In this document: positions 8,348 to 15,988 of the stretch, in pieces
Layout: each line of letters opens with the position of its first letter
How positions within the stretch are numbered: the first letter of the stretch is position 1
Assembly (NCBI GenBank): GCA_964510585.1
Contig: CAZECW010000105.1
Span: 1-18,343, forward strand
From: an uncultured archaeon
Lineage (GTDB): Archaea; Asgardarchaeota; Jordiarchaeia; Jordiarchaeales; Jordiarchaeaceae
Length of the DNA stretch: 18,343 bases
Direction of reading: 5' to 3'
Notes under the pieces: generated by a model
The model's input: only the letters and a program-made list of their open reading frames with translations
What the model was told of the DNA's origin: nothing
Databases searched by the model: none
Made by a program: the position numbers and the translations under genes

Positions 8348-8621
8348 GACCTCCACCTTTTAGCTCTTCACTCCACAATAATAGTTTTCCATCAAGACAA
8401 ATAAACTTTTTTAAAATTAGGTTATGAAAAAGTTGACTGCAAAATTATGGATGACAAATTGGTTGTTAATTCTGATTGAAAACAATTTTTCTCTCGCGTT
8501 TTAAGGTCCTCCAATTCACATTTAAAAGAAGCAGGAATTCCTTTTCAATTGCAAGGGAGGCCTTCTAAACAAATTTTTTGAGACTTGTTTTTGCGGAGAG
8601 AATCCTTTAAAGGAAAGGGGG

Positions 8622-10298
8622 TTAGTCCTTTGTGATTTTTAAAACGCATTTATTTTCTGTTGGGGAAGGTTCACTTGCTCTGATTTTGGTTTTTACGCCC
8701 ATAGCTTCTAGCAGTGCTTCCAGATATGCTGTGCAAACATTGTGAAATGTTTTGTCTTTGTTTTGGTAGGGGCAGTTACTAATCTGGTATGTTATAGCCT
8801 CCTCTTCCTGTTCTAGTAGTGTGGCTTCCAAGCCCAGGCAGCTTCGTATTAGTTCGGGCATTTTTTCGGGAATTTTCTGGAAGGTTAGATTTGTTCCCCT
8901 GAAAATTTCTTTGTTTTTTCTAATTGCATTCTCTTTGAATTCTTCCAGTTTCACTTTGGTAACCGAAATTAGGGGTGCCAGCAGCTCTAAGAATTCCAAA
9001 CCACTCATTTTTGGGAGCGACCCACTAACGCTTCCTTTTGTGGCAATAAATTCGCATTCTTCGTCGCCCAATCCTAAACACTTTGTTTCTTCTACATAGT
9101 AGTGAAACCCGTAAGCCACCTCCAGAACTCCTCTAATAAATCCGCGCTGAATAAAACAGATTGGCTGTTTGAGTGTTCTCAAGCTGTTAATGAATGGTGA
9201 ATTTTTAATCCGGACTATGACTTTAAGTTTGTCCCCCTCCGCACTTAATGAAAAGTTTCCCCAGCCTACAATTGTGCCTGTGGCCAGACAGCTCTCAGCA
9301 ATTTTGTCGCCCTGAAGCTTGTATTTCTCCTTGAAAATCTGCGCTAAAGCTCTTCCATTCTCATAACCCGCGTAGTCAAGGAAATCTTTCACTTTTTCCA
9401 AGAGATTGTCTTCGCCAGCCTTCTTTATGATGTTCAAAATTTGGTTGGCAGGCATCACGAGGAACCTAGCGAATGCGTCGTAGAGTGGTAATTTGAGTAT
9501 TCCTGGAATGTCCATGGTGAGCATTTTTCTAAATTCTTCAAAGGAGGTAACTATTTCGCTCGACAACAGGAATTTTCTGCTTTGAATGTCTACGGAGTAT
9601 GTTACTAAATCCGTTACGCAGGGCAAACCCGCATTTTTGAGTATTCTTATGTGTTTTATTGGTATTCCATCTTTTTCTGTTGTTCTGAGTTCAATCACTG
9701 TGTCGAATATGTGTTTGGCGGTTTCAACCACTTGTTTGGGGTGCATTTCTACATTCATTACTGTGTAGGCCACATCTCTAAGAGTTTTTATTTTTGACCT
9801 AAAGTTCCAGATGAATCTTAGCACCTTATCTGGGTCACCGACTGTGAATATGGTGGTTGAGAGCTGATTGTATATCCAGGAAACCTTCATTCCGGGTGCG
9901 GGAATACCCTTCAGTTTGTCGTCTCTAAATGTGCTTACGTGGTAAAAAACATGGTTTAGGTCGTGGGGCTTTTCTACCACCACAATGTTGGAGTTTTCTG
10001 AGGTTTGAACGCCCATAGAGGAACTGAACAAATCTATGTAGAACAGGCGATTTTCCCTCAATGCGGCAGCTGCAATTTCTGGTGCGTATAGTTGTGGGAA
10101 GGTTTCGTTTGGTGGATCCGTGGTTAGGAGGATTACGTTTTCTCCTCTTTCTAGAATATTGAGGCAGATTATTCCAAGAAGGGCGGATGCTTCTTGAGCG
10201 TTTTGACCTTCGCAGAGGATTAGAACGGTGGAACCTCTAGGAACGCCACCGCCTAGTAGTTTGTCGAGTTCGGCTATTCCTGTGGTTGCAAGTGCCAA
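8622..10298 (-). CDS. Degenerate KaiC/RAD55-like ATPase domain fused to a V4R domain and a second Cys-containing V4R-like domain
   Basis: N-terminal TTGIAELDKLLGGGVPRGSTVLI is KaiC/RecA-like, but the P-loop reads CEGQNAQEAS (no GKT/S) and Walker B reads IYNQLS. The middle domain has GWG...NSPF...ICFIQRGFIRG...EETKCLGLGDEECEF (V4R). The C-terminal domain has ISNCPY...VC..YLEALLEA...KCVL. Confidence 0.85.
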   Translation of the reverse strand: MALATTGIAELDKLLGGGVPRGSTVLILCEGQNAQEASALLGIICLNILERGENVILLTTDPPNETFPQLYAPEIAAAALRENRLFYIDLFSSSMGVQTSENSNIVVVEKPHDLNHVFYHVSTFRDDKLKGIPAPGMKVSWIYNQLSTTIFTVGDPDKVLRFIWNFRSKIKTLRDVAYTVMNVEMHPKQVVETAKHIFDTVIELRTTEKDGIPIKHIRILKNAGLPCVTDLVTYSVDIQSRKFLLSSEIVTSFEEFRKMLTMDIPGILKLPLYDAFARFLVMPANQILNIIKKAGEDNLLEKVKDFLDYAGYENGRALAQIFKEKYKLQGDKIAESCLATGTIVGWGNFSLSAEGDKLKVIVRIKNSPFINSLRTLKQPICFIQRGFIRGVLEVAYGFHYYVEETKCLGLGDEECEFIATKGSVSGSLPKMSGLEFLELLAPLISVTKVKLEEFKENAIRKNKEIFRGTNLTFQKIPEKMPELIRSCLGLEATLLEQEEEAITYQISNCPYQNKDKTFHNVCTAYLEALLEAMGVKTKIRASEPSPTENKCVLKITKD

Positions 10299-10540
10299 TT
10301 TTTTTCCCCCAGATATCTCTACTTAGTTAATTGTCGTTATTGTTTCTTATGTTTTTTGAATTTACATGGTATATTTTCTGTAATATTAGTTGGTGAGGTT
10401 AGTGTTAAAGTTTACGCTTAATCAAAAGTAGCAACTCATCCAACACCCATTTTTTCTATTTTGAAAAGTTAATACTATTTTTTAGTAATGATTTCATTTT
10501 ATAGTTAAAATAAATTTAAAAAATAAAAAATGTTTAAAGA

Positions 10541-11881
10541 TTAAGGCTTTATTCCAGCTGCCTCATTCACGCTCTTTAGAAAGTTGAGATATTCACTTTT
10601 CGTGGGTGTGACTGGTTTTGTTTTTTCCACAGTTTTAAGCCATTCTTTATTCTTCTTGGACACTGTTTCCACGCATTTTTTCGTGAAGTTTTCCAGCAAA
10701 TGTACTGCTTCTCCAAGGGGTAGGTCAAGGGCCTTCTTCCTAATATTGCTTGCCTCTTCCAAGAATTTGGATTGTAAAGTTTCTATTTCGGGGAAGATTA
10801 GGCTCGCTCTTTGGGGGTAGTCTTCCTGTATCTTCCGAGCCAGTTTTTCGTGGTTCCACCAGAAGGAGGATTCGCTGAATTTTTCGTTGCCCTTACTTAA
10901 AGTCTCTGGGATTTCTGTGCCCATAAAGAATGGCATGTACACGCTGATGCAGGGGTTGGAGCCCCCGGTTAGCCAGTGTGTTTGAAGTTCCTCTGTAAGG
11001 TGCCCCACGTAGCTACCTGTAGATTGGCTGACTTCTAGATGTCCAGAGTGCATACAAACAGTGGTTACCTGTTTATCGGGGTTCCATTCCTTTAAGCTCA
11101 TTCCCCCGTGGTCTCGGAGATAATTCATCATATCCTTTACATTTATTTTACCCTTATTTTCTTGGAGGAGCTTTGTTGACCTTTTAAACCGTTGATCACA
11201 GTGTACAATCTCTCGCATGCCGGGCTCCCCGTAGCACTCTGCAAAGTTAAAGTCCTTCCTAGAATTGCACCAACCTTTATTTATCGCGTTCTCCACCAAG
11301 TTTGGTGAGGCTAAATCCCAGTCCTTACCTATGGTGTAACCGTTTGAAATCGAGCGGACATCTCTAACACACTCTGCAACCCAGTATTTGTCAGCGGTTT
11401 CCAGAACCCAGGCTTCGCTGGGATCGGCAATGATAAAGGAGTTATGATACTTTAGTTGCGCGTCGAAGAAGCAGTTTCCTCCCTGACCATACTTTTCCAG
11501 GAGCTCGGTTATAACTTCAAGAGCTCTCCTAGCGGTTTCTCCTCTCTCTAACCCCAGTCTGAGAAGATCCATACCCAGGAGTCCGGTGTCAGCGTATGGT
11601 TCCTTAGACCAAACGGCCTCGTTGCCGATGGCTACTCCAAACTCGTTGACCCCCATTTCAGCGCCCCAAATCCAAAATGGAGACGAAAGAATTACTTCAA
11701 GGGTTTCTGGAACTTGGGGTATCTCAATATAGGTGCACTTAACCTTAGAACCCTCAGGATGCTCCATCCTAGGAATGTGCCTGATTACTTGTGCTTCGTT
11801 CGGCGGCCTATCGCTGTTCTTTCCAAAAATCACTGAACCATCCTCGGTGGAGTTTCCTAAAGCTACAAGGGTGTCACACAT
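10541..11881 (-). CDS. Secernin-like / peptidase C69 family Ntn-hydrolase
   Basis: MCDTLVAL, FGKNSDRPPNEAQ, PFWIWGAEMGVNEFGVAIGNEAV, GMDLLRLGLER and YHNSFIIADPSEAWVLETA. ATG 11881 follows GTGAGGTG and leaves Cys2 as the N-terminal nucleophile. The 26-codon extension to 11959 in the ORF track is probably spurious. Confidence 0.9.
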   Translation of the reverse strand: MCDTLVALGNSTEDGSVIFGKNSDRPPNEAQVIRHIPRMEHPEGSKVKCTYIEIPQVPETLEVILSSPFWIWGAEMGVNEFGVAIGNEAVWSKEPYADTGLLGMDLLRLGLERGETARRALEVITELLEKYGQGGNCFFDAQLKYHNSFIIADPSEAWVLETADKYWVAECVRDVRSISNGYTIGKDWDLASPNLVENAINKGWCNSRKDFNFAECYGEPGMREIVHCDQRFKRSTKLLQENKGKINVKDMMNYLRDHGGMSLKEWNPDKQVTTVCMHSGHLEVSQSTGSYVGHLTEELQTHWLTGGSNPCISVYMPFFMGTEIPETLSKGNEKFSESSFWWNHEKLARKIQEDYPQRASLIFPEIETLQSKFLEEASNIRKKALDLPLGEAVHLLENFTKKCVETVSKKNKEWLKTVEKTKPVTPTKSEYLNFLKSVNEAAGIKP

Positions 11882-12038
11882 GCAAAGCACCTCACAAAGA
11901 ATAAGTAATGAGTAATATATAAGTCTATCAATGAAAGAATGGGAATGAAAACCACGCAACTATGCAAAAGAGGCTAAATATATTATGGAACCGTCAATGG
12001 CTCGCTGAGCATTATTTGGAACATTTTGCCAAGAAGGA

Positions 12039-14150
12039 TTAGAATTCTGGGTACATTGTGGCTGAAGTACAGTTCTCAATCTTTACCTCTATTCCCTTTT
12101 CAATTAGTGAGTACATTCTCTTCTTGTATTTCTGATACTCATCCAAGGTCATGAGAATGATGTGTTCGCCCTCCTCTGTTGCGTGGAAAAGCCTTCCCGC
12201 CCTTTGAGCCTCCTGCCTTCGGGAGCCAAATAGGTAGTCGTATTCTATTACGCGTTGTATTTCTGGTAGACTGACGCCCTCGTCACCCACCCGGCTTAGT
12301 ATGACGAATCCATCTTTTTTCAGTGCTGCTCGCAGAGTTTCGAGGCGGTTTTTGGTCTCCCCATTAATGAAGGTTCCACCGAATCTTTCAGCTATCCTTT
12401 TCCCCTCTTGAAGGTTGTCACAGTACACTAGAGTGGTGCTTGGCTCCGCCATAAGATTGTCCAACTTTGCCAACTTTTCGCTCTCCCCACCAACAAGTAT
12501 TAATCTCACAACAGGTTTCCTTATCAATCCCTTCTGGAAAAAATAGCTCCAAGACACACCAACAGGATAGCCTGTGAGAGCAAATATTAACTCTGATCGA
12601 CCATCCTCTCTGTAGGGGCTGCCGGAATTATGGCAGAAAACTTTGTTGCCCAAGAAGTTTTCAGTTCCTGTTGTCAGGTCATAAACATAATATTCCCCCT
12701 CTGTCTCCACAACATTGTTAACTTTAATGAATGAAACTTCATTTATGCCTTCACAGTTCCAATCAGTGTTGCGATGTGTTTTTCCTAGTTTAGCTCCTCC
12801 GCCATCGAGACAGTTAAAATTATTTTCCCATTTGTCGCTTGGTATCCTCTTTGGAGCTATTAGGTAATCTTCCACTGTTAAATCCCGGCAAGCCTTGGAA
12901 CGAATATCCAAGTTGCCTTTATCCCACACCAGTAGGGAATGATCCCCCGTAACTTTTATTCGCCCACCATTGGAGAGCTCGACTTCCAATAATTTCTTCT
13001 CACCCAATGGATATCTATGCACAGCATATATGGGAGTCCAAATAACCCTTCCACAGGGGTCTACACCAATTGTTTCCAGTCCGCCGTTCAAGGGTGTAAC
13101 TCCGACTCTATTTCCCATCAACTTTTTTGCCAAGTCTTCTATTTTCAGGAATCGGATTTTACTTCCACTCTTTACGGGGATTACAGTGTCTCCACATACT
13201 GACAGTCCTATGGTGTATTTTCTCTTAAGGAAGCTGATTACGCTGAAAACATTGCTGGGAAGATGGTGTACCTCGTCGAAGACCACTAGGCTGTACTCCT
13301 TCTGAGTAGACTCTTTAACAGCGGAGTGATAGGTTACTATTCTTACCTCACCGGGGTTAAGGTTCAACTGGTTTTTTATGCGCTCCGCCCACTGCTCTCT
13401 TAAGGTTACTGTTGGTACCACTACCAGTTTTTTGCCCCTGATTTTTCCAATAGCGTATAGGCCTATCATACTTTTACCTGCACCATAGGGGTAGAAGATG
13501 CCCAAATGGCTATACTTCAGGAAGAGGTTCCAAGCCTCCTTCTGATAGTCTCTCAGCTCAAACTTGGCTCTCTCCTCTCTGATTAGGTCATCAGGGTCCA
13601 CGGGCTTGGGTCTAAAGGGCATAACCCCATCCCTTAAAAGCTCAATAACTAGTGAGAACTTCTTTGTAGTTTTAATTTGGAAGGAGCTCCCGTCTATTTG
13701 CCGGCTGAAAAAGGATTGATACTTCTTTCTGAATTTTTTGGGGTCGCCCTCCTCTAACACTGCAATATTTTTATCCCAATCTAGAGCCACCTTAAAATCT
13801 GGCAACTTAATGCCGAGCTCGTCCTTGAGCACCTCTGGTAGGGGAGTAAGCCAGTCAACGTAGCGGTTGACCCTATAAACATTGTAGGATTCTGTTTTAA
13901 ATTCCAGCCATCCTACTTCGAGGGGTATGAAGCGGGGTATGAAGAGACGCCATTCTCCAGGCTTGTAAGGCACAATAGCGTAGGGTTTCTTAACGAAGGC
14001 TAAAACTTCTTCGCGTTTAATTTCTCGCCACAGAGAAGCACTAAACTGTCTGCAAACTGCCTGCACCGTCTCTTTTTCTACTTCCTCCACTTGCCTTTTT
14101 AATTCGTCCAGCTGCATTTTTATTTCGTTCAAGCCCTGCACGAGTAACAC
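12039..14150 (-). CDS. XPB/Rad25(SSL2)-like superfamily 2 DEAD/DEAH helicase, intein-containing
   Basis: Q motif LRDYQ, motif I PYGAGKS, Ia VVVPTVTLREQW, II DEVHH, III GL|SGSP (after splicing), V SRVGDEGVSLP, VI QRAGR. The start is uncertain: GTG 14150, GTG 14141 (6 nt after GAGGTG) or ATG 14117. Confidence 0.88.
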   Translation of the reverse strand: MLLVQGLNEIKMQLDELKRQVEEVEKETVQAVCRQFSASLWREIKREEVLAFVKKPYAIVPYKPGEWRLFIPRFIPLEVGWLEFKTESYNVYRVNRYVDWLTPLPEVLKDELGIKLPDFKVALDWDKNIAVLEEGDPKKFRKKYQSFFSRQIDGSSFQIKTTKKFSLVIELLRDGVMPFRPKPVDPDDLIREERAKFELRDYQKEAWNLFLKYSHLGIFYPYGAGKSMIGLYAIGKIRGKKLVVVPTVTLREQWAERIKNQLNLNPGEVRIVTYHSAVKESTQKEYSLVVFDEVHHLPSNVFSVISFLKRKYTIGLSVCGDTVIPVKSGSKIRFLKIEDLAKKLMGNRVGVTPLNGGLETIGVDPCGRVIWTPIYAVHRYPLGEKKLLEVELSNGGRIKVTGDHSLLVWDKGNLDIRSKACRDLTVEDYLIAPKRIPSDKWENNFNCLDGGGAKLGKTHRNTDWNCEGINEVSFIKVNNVVETEGEYYVYDLTTGTENFLGNKVFCHNSGSPYREDGRSELIFALTGYPVGVSWSYFFQKGLIRKPVVRLILVGGESEKLAKLDNLMAEPSTTLVYCDNLQEGKRIAERFGGTFINGETKNRLETLRAALKKDGFVILSRVGDEGVSLPEIQRVIEYDYLFGSRRQEAQRAGRLFHATEEGEHIILMTLDEYQKYKKRMYSLIEKGIEVKIENCTSATMYPEF
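12627..13202 (-). mobile_element. Mini-intein (192 aa, Ser1, no homing endonuclease) in helicase motif III
   Basis: Block A SVCGDTVI, block B IKVTGDHSLLV (TxxH), block F YVYDLTTGTENFL, block G VFCHN followed by Ser+1. Excision yields TIGLSGSPYREDG, matching the LGLT/SATPxREDG motif of this helicase family. No LAGLIDADG blocks, and it is too short to hold an endonuclease. Confidence 0.93.
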
Positions 14151-14432
14151 CTCTCATTTTTTTAGACTTAAATGGAAATTACTATCACATTCTTGACGTG
14201 TCTCGTGGAAAACCAGCACTCTCTGGATAGCAGAGATGGGTGCGCCTACTCCCTCACAAGTCCAACATATAATTTCTCACTTCAATATTTAAAACTAATC
14301 AATTCCTAGAGAATACACCTTTGCCTCCACAAAAATTCTAATTTTTTGCACCGGCCAAAGGGTTAAGAAGGAGTTTATGGACGCTTAACTATTTAAGAGA
14401 GAAGTGAAAAAATTTATGGGAGGTGTAACGTT

Positions 14433-15854
14433 TTGGTTGTAGTTGTTCCGCCAGATTTGAAGTTCTCCGACTCATTGTATCTCCTCTTTGGCGCTTCTAT
14501 ACTGAAGGAAGATATTGTAACCTATCAGAAGATTCCCGTTTACTTGAAGGCCCTAATAAATCTACTTAACGCCTCCCCCACTTTGGGAAAAAGGATTTAT
14601 GCTGGACAATTGGCGAAGGCGCAGTATGGAAGAGATCCCGAAATCGTGAAAAAGTCAAAAATAGATGATATTCTGGAGAGGGAGTTCCTATGTTATCATA
14701 GGGAGGTGCTTCAGGGCAGGAAGGTGAACTCCATTTTTCTGGGAGCATCAAGCGGAGCAAGCCTGCATCTAGCAGACATAATGCAAACCTTGATGCTTTT
14801 CTCGGGATTAAACATAACAGTAACCAGGAGGGGAGGAGACCCCGACGATGCAAAAGGTTTCATTGAGTTCGGTAGAAACCTGATGAAGGACTTTCTGCCC
14901 AACAACCAGAACCTAGAGATTGTCATCCATTTTGACCCTGTCCATGACAGAACCAATCTGCCCTTCGTCTTCCACTTTAGATCCAAGTTCTGGCTTCCCA
15001 ACGCTTACAGAAAATTCATAAAAGAACACCTCAAAAAAGGGGGAGACCTCGTTGTTTTTGATGTTCAGGAACCGTGGCTGCATTACAAGCTTGATGAGAG
15101 ATTCTACTATCAGTGCGGAGGTCTGGATGATTTAACGCCCGAAGAATATGCCTATGGCTCCGAGAGAATAGATTCCTGGCTTGAAGAATTGGGGGCAACC
15201 CACAGAGGGGGCTGGGGATTGGAGGGAGAAAAGCCATTAAAAGGCTATGACAGTGAGTATGGAAACAGCCCCAGAATGGTGACAGCGGTAAAAGAATTCG
15301 CCGAAGACCAAGGATACAACTTTACCCACATTAAGGCAAACCGGGCCCACGACTTAAGCTTTATGACCACTTACCTCGTAAATCAGGCAATGGTTGAAAA
15401 GGGAATAAAACCCAGAGGGGTAATCGTTGAGCAATACACTCAGCTTGTTCCCCTCGCGGTGAGGAGGTTGGGACTCCTCCCAGTATGGACATACTACGTC
15501 CTACGCGCATCATTTAACGACACAAAGAAAATGTTGGACAGAGTTTTCAAAGATTACCTAGACGAGGCAGAAGAACTAGTTTTCCTGCCTACTCAACCAT
15601 TTAACCCTGGGCCTAGAGGGGACTTCGTCACCTGTGAAGAGTGGTACGAACTATTCCAGTCCTATCCGGTACGAAAATTCACTTCATACACTAATCCCAA
15701 ACTTTACCCCATAGATGTACCATCAGTAGTTCTGGGACCACTAAACCTGCACAAAAGATGCCTAAAGGAAAAAGATCTGGGACTCAAAATCAGTATGGAA
15801 GACATTAAAAACACCTGCAAAAAGTTCGGACTAACCTACACCACATCAGCATAA
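14433..15854 (+). CDS. Conserved hypothetical protein, 473 aa, with a GxSxG motif
   Basis: Long ORF with TTG start 7 nt after GGAGGTG and normal protein-like composition. Contains IFLGASSGASLHLA and HFDPVHDR. No function recognised. Confidence 0.8.
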   Translation: MVVVVPPDLKFSDSLYLLFGASILKEDIVTYQKIPVYLKALINLLNASPTLGKRIYAGQLAKAQYGRDPEIVKKSKIDDILEREFLCYHREVLQGRKVNSIFLGASSGASLHLADIMQTLMLFSGLNITVTRRGGDPDDAKGFIEFGRNLMKDFLPNNQNLEIVIHFDPVHDRTNLPFVFHFRSKFWLPNAYRKFIKEHLKKGGDLVVFDVQEPWLHYKLDERFYYQCGGLDDLTPEEYAYGSERIDSWLEELGATHRGGWGLEGEKPLKGYDSEYGNSPRMVTAVKEFAEDQGYNFTHIKANRAHDLSFMTTYLVNQAMVEKGIKPRGVIVEQYTQLVPLAVRRLGLLPVWTYYVLRASFNDTKKMLDRVFKDYLDEAEELVFLPTQPFNPGPRGDFVTCEEWYELFQSYPVRKFTSYTNPKLYPIDVPSVVLGPLNLHKRCLKEKDLGLKISMEDIKNTCKKFGLTYTTSA

Positions 15855-15988
15855 AAAACACGCAGCAAGTAGGCATCCTCGAGGCGAAAAACTCTTATCC
15901 CCGCTCCTTTTTTGTGGTATCCAAACCACGAATTTTTTTGGGAACATGGTGTACACTATGGCTTGCAAATGCGGTTCGGTGATGAGCT

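Noticed and set aside
6879-9768. Plus-strand ORFs within nfeD and the KaiC-V4R gene (6879-7118, 6916-7146, 7143-7472, 8087-8284, 8140-8322, 8821-9099, 9586-9768)
   Set aside because: Antisense shadows favoured by the T/G-rich plus strand, which has few stop codons.
11882-11959. 26-codon N-terminal extension of the secernin ORF
   Set aside because: An RBS precedes ATG 11881, and Ntn-hydrolases need the Cys at the N-terminus.
5697-14150. Five consecutive minus-strand genes as one operon or system
   Set aside because: Intergenic gaps of about 160-275 bp, a TATA-like box upstream of the secernin gene and unrelated functions argue for separate transcription units.
14160-14280. Startless minus-strand stretch reading ICWTCEGVG...HETRQEC (CxxC-like)
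   Set aside because: It has no start codon and is preceded by a stop. It is too short to distinguish from chance.
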